The position numbers and the translations under genes were made by a program. Positions 12,391 to 23,868 of a stretch of 64,000 nt of DNA are shown here, piece by piece (positions within the stretch are counted from its first letter, which is position 1; the number at the start of each line of letters is the position of its first letter). The DNA is from Orbicella franksi (lineage: Eukaryota), in the NCBI GenBank assembly GCA_964199315.1, contig OZ116707.1, forward strand, positions 7,254,001 to 7,318,000, written 5' to 3'. The notes below the pieces were generated by a model. The model worked only from the letters and a program-made list of their open reading frames with translations. It was not told the origin of the DNA and made no database searches.

Positions 12391-13717
12391 TGTGAGACCA
12401 CCTTGTTTCGGCTGCAGAAAATGAGCAGAACCAAGTTGGATTACCTAGTTGACCTATCATTGCAAACTTTTCAAAGTATGGGGGTGAACCTCTTAAATTT
12501 CTTAAAACTCTAAAGCCCTCATCGAGATTTATAAGTTTAGAAAGATAATCATCAGATTTAAGTTCACCAGCTGTGTATATTTTTCCCTTTGTCTTACATT
12601 TTCTTAATGATATTCTTGCGGTATCCTGAATTTGCTTTATTTGCAATTTTTTCAGTTTGTAAAATATATTTGGCACAGACTCTGCAACTCTCCTGTCTTT
12701 GCTTCTCAATTCCCATTTACATATAGTGCTATAGGAGACAGGCACTTCTCTCTCTTTGGAAGCTCTTTGTTTTCCACAAAAAATAGCAGGGAATGACAAA
12801 TATTCACACTCTGTGTCCATGAATATTCCAAGAGGTCTATTCCCTTTTCCTGGTGCAAAGCTTATAATTTTGTCAACACCATTAATCATTTCTTGGGGTT
12901 GTAGCAAAGTGTCCAATGAACCTGAGAAACGTTCTTCAACTTCACACCAGTCATCATTGTCACCAACAGAGTCAGTACTACATGTATTTGCACTTTCAAG
13001 GCTGTCTCCATTAACATTTACATCACTAGGACTGTTTTTAGACAAAATCTCTTGGGTTTCACTGAGAGTTTCTTGAGACTCATCAGAAGAACAGTCTGTG
13101 TTTGCTTTAGGATCTCTCAAAAATTCATGCCATTCATCAGTATTTTCAGAACATATATTGTTAATCCAACTTTCTTGCACTTTAATCCCTTTTTTAAATA
13201 ATTCACTTGTTTGCACAAGGTATCTGATTGCTTCTAGCACTCCACGAGGTCGAATGTGTTGAAATTGGTAGTGATGTTTATAGCTAAGGCGTCGCTTCAG
13301 TTTTATTGGAATTGTCTGTGAATCATTGAGAGATCGAGGTAAAGTGTTAACAGTGGAGCCCACATCAGCTGGTACATTGACAACACCACCATGAATAGAC
13401 AACTGTCCATCCCTTGGTAACTTACGTATTTGCATGAATGGAATTCTGGGGGAAATTAATCTTTCTTCAAGAGATGTAGGATTCAGGCAGGCAGGTTTAT
13501 TAGGAAATTCCATTTTGTTTGCTTTTGAACAAGGAGGGATTTTTCCACACCTAAGACATGAATTGCATGTGAAGCAAATCCAGTGATTGTCAAGTGTGAC
13601 CTTATCATCAATTAAATTGCACTTAGACAACACATTTTGGTTACATGATTTATAATTATGAACATTGAATTTCTTAAGAGATGTTTTGTACCATATTTGG
13701 CTCAACAGGAAGAACAT
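12391..13717 (-). pseudogene. Helitron Rep N-terminal region, truncated before the HUH catalytic motifs
   Basis: WICFTC...KIPPCSKAN...EERLIS...HGGVVNVP...IKLKRRL; PLGIF...EYLSFPAIFCG; ELRSKDRR; LRGSPPYFE...QLGNPTWFCSFSAAETRW, then an abrupt join to helicase motif Ia. Confidence 0.88.
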
Positions 13718-13854
13718 TCTGGCATGATTTTCTTTTCAATTTATTTCCCATTTTAGTTGATCTGTTCTGTTCTCTGGATTTTCTTTGATAAATTCTGTTA
13801 TTCTCTCTGGTCTTTTCAATATTAGTCATTCTGTGAGACCTTCTTATTTGATTA

Positions 13855-15160
13855 TCATGACTTTAATTTCTCATTTGATCTTCTTTTTCTCATATAGTCT
13901 CGAATATAGGTTTTTCTTTCTGTATTCTTCGTGCATTTGTCATCAGTTTTGTGTAAATTTTTACACTGGACTTGGTTGTTTGTAATAGTATCTGTTTCAT
14001 AAGTGCTTTTCACGTTGACAAAAGATGAACCTCTTACATTGTTCATGTCATCACAAATTGGAACAGTAGAAACATAATGCGTTTCACCTAGGTGACCAAT
14101 GGTAAGAGCCAGTGGTGGATTACCTTGATTATTCAGTGGTCTGATAATAGTCACTGGAGAAAAGGTCTCATTTGATTCAATTATCTGTATTATCAGATTC
14201 ATAGCATCAGCAACTGCTTGTATAATTAAGTGATCAGCCCAGGTACCCTGGGACGACATGTTACTAAGATAGGATGCCCACGGAATGTCTGTATTACTTT
14301 CAATAAACCTTTCTGGGTTGTTCATTAAAAAGCTGACACCACTACGGCGCACGATCATATGATTGTCAGGTGATCCATATAACTTTGTAGAGATAACTTG
14401 AAAAAAGCAATCTCCTTCGCCTCCACAATCTAAGTATCTCAATCCATTTTCAGCTAACCTGATTTGTAGCATTTCAAGTGGAGAATTCCTGGTGTTTTCT
14501 ATTTCTTTTGGTCCAGGGTTAAGCTCAATATCTCCAGACATGATTAAAATTTCCCTAGATGGACAAAACCTCTCATTGTGTCCTACTTTGCATGAAAGCG
14601 GACTTAATGGGTAAAATAAGTAAGACTTGCCAAAGACTTTTAATTTAGTTGTTGTTTCATAGTTTTTTCTCTTACACAAACATCAGCCAGATTGGATAAT
14701 CTTTTTTTCTTTTTTCTGTTTGTAAAACTATTGGTACTTTTCTTTTTGCGAGAAACGAAACAATGTGTGTGTTTGAAGTAAAATTTTCTGGTTTTGAATG
14801 TTTGCCTGGGATATTTTAAGTCGTCTCCCTTTTTGCTTTTTCGTGTCCATTCATGGATTCTGGACGATTTAGGAAATTCCTTAGCTATATGTTTACGAAT
14901 AATTCATCTTGTTTTTCTTGACTTGTTTAATAAACGATTAATTCTCTTAACAGGTAATCTGCTTGGTTCACAGTCAAACGTGTGACAATGAATTCGATAC
15001 CTACATGGCCTAGCTTTACCCGTGATAAACTTGTCGTATCGAGATCGACTATCTGTGACTGGCGCTTTGTCAAGTTTGCTTTGACATGGCGATTCAAACA
15101 CGTGCGCATGTATTTCAATCCTCGAAGTTTCTATCTGCTTATATACATGTATCTTGACTG
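13855..15160 (-). pseudogene. RepHel N-terminus: basic leader, 2A-like motif and OTU cysteine protease (frameshifted)
   Basis: OTU motifs DCGGEGDCFF, GTWADHLIIQAVAD and GETHYVS. Upstream SREILIMSGDIELNPGP at 14509-14560. Leader fragments in ORF 14904-15233 (HVFES...DCEPSRLP). Confidence 0.8.
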
Positions 15161-16299
15161 AATGGTACAAAAATAATATAATAATCAAAACAAACGCCAC
15201 AATGCTGCAAAGCACTGCAAAGTACGCCAGCATAACAACAAAGGATGCAACCGAGCACTAGTGTATATAACAAAGCGATGTGTAACGTATAACAAAGCGA
15301 TGTGTCCTCATAAGTAGATAAGCTTATATTTATTTTGCTTCTCACCTTAGGAGAGATGTAAATGGCTTTCTCCCGCTTTCTCCTGGTAACCTAAAGTGAC
15401 AAAATAGGTACCAGGAATAATTAACTTGGATTTCTGCTTTGGTTTTCATGTTTGCTTTAATGGATTGTGGACCAAGTCTTTTGGCCCTACGGTTGTTGGC
15501 TGTGTCTTACAAACCAGTGATTTCGGATTGTGTCTTTCAATCCAAGGACAAAAAGTAGTATTCAGAGAAATAATGACACAGTAAAAGACAATAAATGACG
15601 ACGAACTCACCTCCACTCCGTAAATCAATCGAACTCCAGGTCAATAGAACTCCTCAGAAAATGGCTACTCCTACACAATACATGTGATCAACCACATGTG
15701 CTGATTTGCCAAAGACATGTATCGAACACCCAAATATCACATGACATATTGAACGTCTTTCATTGGTAGCCGAATAAGAGCATTCTTAACGACCATTTAA
15801 CGAATGCATGAATGCCCCTGCCGAACTTGAGACAATCAGAAATCGAATACAAATTTTCTATTGTTTACGCCTGACATCCTGGTTTCCCAACCATCCCGAT
15901 AGCTCTCCACGAGCTAAAAATGTATTGTAAGTGGTAGTTATACAGGTGTACAAAAAAATGCTGTGAAATGTAATGACATACACATTCTGTTTACACTGAA
16001 TACCTGTTTGTGTAAGCTTCCTTTTGCCAAACTCAAGCCCCTATAGTTATTTGTGGAAAAAGAGGAGTAGTAAGTCTTACATTAAACTATCCTCTGAGAC
16101 CCAGGGGGCAGTTAGTTGGGGCAACAGAAAGTAAACTGTCAGTGCAACCTCATTCTTGTAAACTTTTTCTTGTAAACTTTTTTTGAAAAAAAGGGACAAA
16201 CCATCAAGAGTTCGTGTTTCAAATCAACTTTCAATTTAAAATAATTAATCTCATGCAGAAATCATATTATATGTACTTTTATTTCTTCAGATGCTATTG

Positions 16300-18620
16300 A
16301 TGCTTTAAAAAGGATTTCAGAATGCTTTTTCCACATGTGCTACTTACCTAAATGACACACTTACACTCTGCATCATCCTGCCAGCACTTAAGATGGGCTC
16401 CGCTCAAAGTTCAAGCAACAAGTGTAAAATTATTGACTAAAAATCTACTCACAGCATGTGGTAACTTTGAATACTATTTAAAACATCTCACCTTAATTAA
16501 ATTCTCTGAGTGACCCCACAGGTAAATTATCAAGCATTCTCGAAAAAGTAAATGTCAAACCTCGTAAGAATGCTTAATGCGTGTGTTGTTGTGTTTTCAA
16601 CTAACATGAAAGGATAACTTCAAGTTCAATTTTATCTCACGGGGTCAGCTTGAGAGCTTAAATCTTGATAACTTCTTTTTACTTTCACTCAAAACATTAC
16701 CATGCTATTATGTTTTTTTAGCAACTTTTTTTTGCCATTATTGCTTGACTGTTCTGCGGCAAGCATCTTAATACTTTTAATTAATTCATCCTGAGCAGAT
16801 GTTATGGACTTTGTTGACGGCACTGTTATATTGTTCATTCTCAATACAATTTCAAAACAACATGCCCTGTTATTGTAACGCCTGGGTAATATTTAGTTGA
16901 ACTTACATGTTAACTGTTAACTTAAGGTTTCATACCATATCAAATGCCTTTCTTTTCTTTGGCGTCATGGACAAGTAGCGTTTCTTGGTTTTAGGGGTTA
17001 ATTCCCAAAAACGTGACACTGACATACAATTTTACCTGTAAATATTTTAGTCAGGTTTCCACTTGTGACTCCGACAATCTAATTTCCCTAGATCGTTAGT
17101 GGAATCAGAACACTAAGTACTTACAACTCCTTCAGTTTGATTTAAACTGCACCATAACACTTTGCACTTCTGATTGTAACAATTTGCACTTGTGATTACT
17201 CGTTGCTGGTAAGAGCCAGCTTTAAGACAAGAAACTTATAAAATGCACATTGTATCTCTCCAACCATGATGCTGGCAATATATATGGGTTATTGACCAAG
17301 TGCGAGGTCAAGATGGCTGGATATTGGCCAAGTTCTTTTTTTTTACGTGTTTATGGACCAAGATGGAGTTGAGACCCATAAACTTGCAAAAAAAAAGAGG
17401 CCAATGTCAAGCCATCTTGACCAAACAAGCTTGGTCAATAAAGGACTTATTATATGGCTTTCAGGGAATTTTTTCTTGCAGGACAAGGTGGGTAGTCCCG
17501 AGCAGGCAAGATAGCTCCATCTTGGCTGCTTGGGTAGGATCCTGCTCACAGTGCAGGATTTGATTCATCTTGCCCGCTCACGGAGCTAGCCATATAATAA
17601 TGTGCTTTAGTATTATCATAAATAGTTGGCAGTAGAGTAGCACCCCATCCAGAAAAGGGTCACCCTGACTAATTTAGTTATTTATTTATTTGTTCATTCT
17701 TTTTTTCCTTCATTTGTTAGTTCTTAATATTTATTCATTTACTTACTCGCTCAGTCGTTCGCTCACTACCTCCTTCCGTCACACACACTCACTTACTTAC
17801 TGTACTGTACTATTTTTGTGCTTTCTTAATTGATTGATTTTTTTTTCCAAAATTCAGGATTGAAACTTCCATAAAAAGTCATTCTAAAAAAAGACTGCCC
17901 TTGATTATTTTATCAGTTTCATTTACTTACCTTTGATACATCAACATCAACTACTCCAGGTGGATTTGGTCTGCTGGGCCCTACCTGTACTTTCTCACAA
18001 TCAGTCTCGATCAGGTTAGCACATTAAGTTTTAAAAAAAATTCTCTCAAATGGCTTTTCGCTGGAAAAGACAACCCATGGAATGCATACTGGAATGAAAG
18101 CCACGATTCTATACACAATTTTTTAGTAACTAAAAATTTTTAAACAGAACTTACCTTTAATTGCCAAATTAATCGTCTTTTCCATATCAGCCAAAGCTGA
18201 TCTATCTTCCTCTGAAACTTCAGGACTTGCAACATTTATATGATTCATTTGAAGGGCTGTTTCTTCCTGTGGCTCCTCAATCTTTCCTGATGCTGTAAAT
18301 ACCACAAATACACCAAAAGAAATCAGTTGAACATAACTTACATTAATAGATAAACACTGGCAAAACTGAAAATAGATATTAACATAATGGCAAGCCACAG
18401 CAGGCCATTTTGATTATTAGAGTTTTTTCTGCAAAATGTTAATAAGTAAATAATGCCATTATTTTTTATTTCTCTTTACATCTTCCTTGTTTAGACTGAT
18501 GGCTTTCTGCAACAACTTTTTTAGTTAAACAATTCTTACACAGCTGGACCCACTTTTGTACTCTACTGGTGGCAACACGTTCAACAACAAAATATTTGTC
18601 ATAGAGTTGTATGGTCAAAT
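16300..18620 (-). pseudogene. Degenerate multi-exon gene of unknown product
   Basis: Short exon-like blocks with donors (…LAIK|gtaagt ~18155, …DVSK|gtaagt ~17932, …AFDM|gtatga ~16935) and partly compatible phases. Downstream blocks contain stops. Confidence 0.35.
17275..17600. repeat. Dispersed non-autonomous repeat with long internal palindrome
   Basis: Arms TTATTGACCAAG...GTCAAGATGGCT / GCCATCTTGACC...CTTGGTCAATAA (17289-17441). Confidence 0.65.
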
Positions 18621-18627
18621 AACATCT

Positions 18628-18712
18628 ATTATTATTACTGTTATTGTTATTATTATCATTATTATTGTTATTGTCATTGTCATTGTCATTATTATTATTG
18701 TTATTATTATTA
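18628..18712. repeat. (ATT/GTC)n trinucleotide microsatellite
   Basis: Read directly; explains the poly-N/poly-I ORFs here. Confidence 0.9.
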
Positions 18713-18814
18713 CCCTTTTGCCTGATCAGGAATTGATAAATTCCCAAGAATGCATGGTATCAAACTTTTTCTGTTTAATTATAATAGTAGTTGTTTGCTG
18801 TTACTCATTGACAG

Positions 18815-18982
18815 GTCAGTTTATAGAGAACCTGATGGCCGCCTTACCACCAGTGCTACAGGAAACCAACACATACTGATCAGTACCTAGCGTATGATTC
18901 ACACCACCCTCAGTCAGTAAAGCGTGGTATTATGAAGTGTCTGTACGACTGGGCTAAATGTCTTGTGACCAAACCATCAGTA
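18815..18982 (+). mobile_element. Penelope-like element fragment (RT C-terminal region)
   Basis: VYREPDGRLTTS, then a frameshift, then YRKPTHTDQYLAYDSHHPQSVKRGIMKCLYDWAKCLVTKPSV, a typical PLE RT thumb motif. Confidence 0.78.
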
Positions 18983-19253
18983 AGCAAGCTTCAGGTGGGA
19001 GTCGTTTCATCTGCTTTTAACAGTTTCTGTTTACAAGGTGTGCACAGAACCCTCATCCTCCTTGTGGGTGTGAAATGTAAACATAAAAAGAATAAAAGTA
19101 TCTTCGAGGTCAGCAAAGCTGTAATGTCAGTAATCAATATGCGAAGAAGTGACAATATTTTTATCAAAGAATTGTCTTCACTGGTATATACAAGGAGGTT
19201 TCACAGATTTTTTTTCCAATTGAAGAAGTATCTGCACAAGTATATACACCGAG

Positions 19254-20423
19254 ATGGCTGCCGCAAGATATTCGTCGGATGTTCTGCAAATGTTTTACAG
19301 CCTAATACCGAGGGAGGAAAACATAAACCTACCCGAACCGTTAGAACCAGATATAACCGTACTATATGACGGGTTTCAAATATCCCAAAATAATTTCCAA
19401 GAATGGCTTCGTGTGTGGAGAATGGATGTATCCGAAAGAAATCCAAACAATAAAGATCTTTTAATGTTTGCAAGAGAAAATAAAGAAAAGATCACTGATT
19501 TGGTGGAACAAGAAATCCTAAAGTTAAACAGTGTAAAAGTAAGTTTTGGGTTACAAGTAAAGTTTTCAATAGAAAGAAACGGTGGAACGCAAGACATGGA
19601 GCATTATTTTTTCGAAAAGTAACCGCATGTTTTCAACAGAAATGAGGAGGACCAGATAAAACAAAAATTTGACGAATTCATTGAAAAAGCAAAAGGAGAA
19701 ATAGAACACTGGTCTGAGAAGGGATCAGGATGGGAAGTTGAAAGGATAAAGATTGCGTATGTGAATATAGCACGCCATCAGCAACTGCGCAGAGGAACCT
19801 ATTTACCTCGTCCAGCCAATCTGGCAAAAAAGAAGGCAATAATCAACGTGAAAAACAGGGATAACGAATGCCTGAAGTGGGTGCTCAGAGCCGCTCTATT
19901 TACTGTACTGAAAGGCAAGAACCCAAATAGGCCAAGCAGCTATCCAGTTAACGACGGTATAAACTACGAAGGAATTGACTTCCCGACACCGGTAAAACAG
20001 ATATACAAGCTCGAGGCACAAAACGCAAACCTCACAATAATCGTATTTGCCTGGGAAAACAATTGTGTGACTGTGCGCCAGATAAGCAAAAAAGAAGCGA
20101 ATGTGCCACGGATAAACCTGATGTTAATTGAGTCAGGGGAACTCAGCACTATTGTTACGTAAAAAGAGAGAACGCTTTGCTCTTTGATCAGAGCAAGAAC
20201 AGAAATGCAAAGCACTATTGTATGTTGTGCTTAACTGGTTTCTCAAGAGCAGACTTGCTGGAAAGTCACAAAAGATATTGCAATGGTGTGAACGGCATGC
20301 CGACAAGGACTGAGATGCCAGAGGAGGGGAAAAACACCCTTTCCTTCCAAAATCAAAAACAGATGAAGATGCCCTACATGATATATGCGGACTTTGAGGC
20401 TTTAGTCAGAAAGATTCCAGGTG
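19254..20423 (+). pseudogene. Polinton/Maverick protein-primed DNA polymerase B, N-terminal part to exonuclease motif I, truncated
   Basis: GSGW, GTYLP, KKAIINVKNRDNECLKW, IDFPTP, HYCMLCLTGF and YADFEAL across three ORFs separated by stops and a frameshift. Confidence 0.82.
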
Positions 20424-20993
20424 AATCCAAAATTGAGGAACTTCACCACAATATGGTGGTCTTACCCAGAATTGGATGAAAACTGTAAACTACCAGAATT
20501 ATATTTGAGAGCAGATGCAAATGTTGATGAAGTCATGGATGAAGGGATAGAAGACGTAGAACCTAAATGTAAGAAGAGACCCAAAGACTTAGTAGCAATA
20601 GAGAAGAAATTGAGAGACAGCTTGAGTCAAGAATGTTTTGTAGATTACACACATGAAACACTCAAGTTGAGAATGGAAAATGAAAACTATTGCATTGAGA
20701 CATTGAGATACCTTGATAAAGCAGAGTCTGATGCAAGAAAGCGAATTGTTTACTTCTCTGCATTAAAAGGCCAAGTTCTGAAGAGGTTGAAAGAAATCAC
20801 TGGAAAGAAGATTAGGTCATTCTTGGAGATGACAAATTACAAACAGTCACATGCGTATTTCTTAGTCAATCTCCATGATTTAATACAAGAATACAATGAG
20901 TTAACGTATTCTGATGCATCTCTTTGTTTTTTCAAAAATAATATCAAAGAAATCAAAAGCATTTGCCAAAAAGACAAAATTTTTTTCAAGTGA
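20421..20993 (+). CDS. Probable Polinton accessory ORF (helical, uncharacterised), likely 5'-truncated
   Basis: 190-codon open frame abutting the truncated pPolB. It resembles uncharacterised proteins I associate with cnidarian Polintons (recollection, not verified). Confidence 0.45.
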   Translation: MNPKLRNFTTIWWSYPELDENCKLPELYLRADANVDEVMDEGIEDVEPKCKKRPKDLVAIEKKLRDSLSQECFVDYTHETLKLRMENENYCIETLRYLDKAESDARKRIVYFSALKGQVLKRLKEITGKKIRSFLEMTNYKQSHAYFLVNLHDLIQEYNELTYSDASLCFFKNNIKEIKSICQKDKIFFK

Positions 20994-21249
20994 GAGAATG
21001 TTTCTGATGCATTGGAAAAAAAATGTTAATTTCATTTGCAAAATAAAACCACCTACACATACAATAATTGCAGGCCCAAGAGAGGCCCGCAACCCTAATC
21101 TTGACAGTGACCAGTGGATTGCGTTTTATGCGTGCGCGCCACGTTAATAAAGAGCGAACAGAAAGCGGAAGTTGAAAATTTTCTTCTTCCACTAAGAACG
21201 TTCGGAATGCGAAAAATGTGTCAATCGCTACAGTTTGTTAATCACTAAC

Positions 21250-21780
21250 GTTTGTCACCTGAGATCGAGGCTTCTGTCACATGAAAAGGCTTTTCCGATG
21301 TTGTTCATGCACTGTCTGATGTTGTTCGCGTTCGTACAAACATTGCTTTGCTTTCGAGAAGGTTTGCTGTGAGCTGTGATATCGACGTTGTCTCAGAAGT
21401 TGTCACGATCTTTTGATTTATTGCTCTGAAAATAAGGTGAGTTAAGTTATAGTTATATTTTACAGTTTTCTCGGCGGTTAATTATTCTGGTAGAGCCCAA
21501 TCAATTCAATATTTCAAGGGGCATCTCTGTTGTTTTGATCTTTGAAGCTCTTCGCATGTGGCTCAACCTGTCACTTGAAAATCGAAGGACGTTTTGGTGA
21601 ACTTGTTGAGGCGATTTTCTGGGGATTTCCTGTGACTTTCAGCGTTGTCTGACAAGTTTTCACGATCTATTTGAATTCATATTGCCGTGAAGATAAGGTG
21701 AGTTGCGTTATATTTTATACTGTTAACTTTCTGGGCGGTTAATTTTTCTGGTAAACCACTTTTACTTTTTGAAGGAGCAG
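21250..21780 (+). repeat. Diverged ~300-bp tandem duplication of a probable 5'UTR exon with splice donor
   Basis: Two copies end in ataag|gtgagtt (~21437, ~21698) with similar flanks (cacgatct...; ggcggttaatt..tctggta). Confidence 0.55.
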
Positions 21781-22238
21781 TTTGACATGTTTCGATTTAC
21801 AGAAATCTACTACAGAACACTGTCTGTACAGAAAACATGGCAAATTTTTCCAAGTCTTATGCCACAGATGTTCCAGTCTTTATCTCAAAGGGTCGAATGC
21901 ATACCGATTTTTGTGCGTTTTTAACAAGTATGCATACAAAAGAGTAAAGCCTCGGTTTTGTCAAAAAGCCATGACCCAGTTTGGTCACCTGGTTGTGTTA
22001 GCCCACAAGTCGAATCAAAAGACGGCACAGTTTTGCCAATATTTGACCCAGTTTGGTCACCACTCATCAAATCAGCCAGAATAATTCAAACAATCGCAGA
22101 GCCTAAACTAGAACTATCACGGCTAACAAAATGGAGTCCAGTTATTTTCTTAGCATTGCCGGTACTGCAGAGAAAGTTTTGTTCTGCTCCGTTGGAAAGT
22201 GAATTTGTGCTTCCATTTAATTATGCCGCCCAGAAGAA

Positions 22239-23257
22239 GTGTTTGAAAGTATGTTGGTTGCTCAGCCTACTGAGGAATACCGTTGTAGAAGCATGTGTTT
22301 TGTTCATTCTAAGCAATCCCATCGCAGGAAGAGAGACAGAGAACCTTCTAGAATTCCTAAATGGAAATTCGTTAGTTTGTTTAATCATAGAAAGAAGAGA
22401 AAACAATTAAAACGTCTTTTAAAACAAAAGGTTCCAAGGTCTTCAGAACTGCATTACTTCTGCAAAAAAAGTGAGGTTACATTTTGGATTGCCAGATATT
22501 CTGGTGAAAGCTGTTTTGGTCAGTACTATTTAAAGAAAAATGCTCAAAAAATTAACTCCAACAAAAAAGGTTTCAGAAATAAAAGTATATTCGCAAGAAA
22601 ACAATGTGTACTTCCATTTCTTTCTGGTGGTATGAATTCTACAAATAACCAGTCAAATCAGATTGATGCTGCAGCGAGCTCCTATGATCATCTCGTTGAT
22701 AGACTATTACAGAAGGGTTTACAGCCAGTTGATGTTGGAGGCTGTGGTGATTGCTTTTTCTGATCAGTCTCCCATCAGTATTATGGTTCTCCTGAGTTTC
22801 ACATTGAAATAAGGCAAGCAGGTGTAAAATATCTTGAACAGCATCCTGAGTTGTTTGTAGAAAGTGTATCTGAAAATTCATGGAAAGTGTATTTGCAAAG
22901 AATGCGCACTCCTGGGACATGGTGTGATCATATAATTATTCAGGCTGTAGCCAATCAACTTCATTCTGTCATTCATATAATTGAATCACGGCTTTCATGC
23001 CCAGAAGGATCAACAATTACTACATCTGGTGGCCAGGAAATAACAAAAGTATTGTTTGTTGGGTACATAGAGGATTTACATTACGTTTCTACAGAGCCAC
23101 ACTATACAAATAAAAATGCTCTTAAATATCTCAAATTCAAATTATCTGAAACAGATGCTCACCGCAAAGAGAGGCTAGCAGCATACCGATCCAGGTATCA
23201 ATTTACACATAAAAGAAAGGAAAATAAAGAAACTCATGGAAAAAAGAAAGTCATGAA
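22239..23257 (+). pseudogene. Helitron 2 RepHel N-terminus: basic leader, LSGG and OTU domain (TGA just after the catalytic Cys)
   Basis: DVGGCGDCFF*SVSHQYYGSPEFH...GTWCDHIIIQAVAN...EDLHYVST, in one frame. Confidence 0.85.
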
Positions 23258-23542
23258 AGACAGCAATTACCATTAAAGCTTTCCTGGGCTATTACAATAC
23301 ACAAAAGCCAGGGACTTACTCTAGAAAAAGCTTGGATTGATATTGGTTCACAAGAACGAACAGCAGGCATGACATATGTTGCAATCAGTAGGGTGAAAAC
23401 ACTTGACTCTTGTCTTATTGAGCCAATGTCATTTGAACGCTTGAAGGCCATTAAGAATGCATCAAACTTTCAATTCAGGTTTCAAGAAGAGGAGCGCCTT
23501 TCTAGCTTGGCAAATCATACCACCTCAAATTTCACTTACTAA
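23258..23542 (+). pseudogene. PIF1 helicase C-terminal remnant of RepHel (no endonuclease)
   Basis: RQQLPLKLSWAITIHKSQGLTLEKAWIDIG...TYVAISRVKTL...* (not in the ORF track; translated by hand). Confidence 0.9.
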
Positions 23543-23868
23543 CACCTGCCTACAAATCAATGAGTTAATAACTTCATTCAATTCATAATTATAATTAATA
23601 TACTTTTGCTATTACTAAACGAGATTGATAAAATTACTTTAAAAAAATACAGTAGGTTACTGCAAACAACTTTTTCTTTTTTTTCAAACAAATATATTGT
23701 AAAAAAAGAATAATTTATTTATTATGACCATTATTATATGAACATAACTTAATGTATCATGTTGCTCATACTAAGTAATATTTTATACAACTGATTCATT
23801 AAATTTAATCTCTTTCATATCTTTTCTTTCCTTTTTTATTTTTTCAGTGCTGCCACATTTACAGTTCC

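Larger units (their letters stand above)
7452..15915 (-). mobile_element. Helentron (endonuclease-encoding Helitron2) element 1, internally deleted, non-autonomous
   Basis: 5' end: hairpin AGCTC-tccac-GAGCT (15901-15915) next to a T-run on the minus strand. An 11-bp subterminal inverted repeat pairs CTCCACGAGCT (15905-15915) with AGCTCGTGGAG (7471-7481). Contains OTU, Rep N-region, PIF1 helicase, AP endonuclease and OB-fold ORFs. The 3' boundary is approximate. Confidence 0.8.

Noticed and set aside
13050-13092. Hammerhead-like CTGATGA...GAAA on the minus strand
   Set aside because: Stem II does not close onto GAAA and no stem I or III forms; it is coding sequence (SSDESQETLSET).
18466-18879. 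Poly-Asn and poly-Ile ORFs
   Set aside because: These are translations of the (ATT)n microsatellite.
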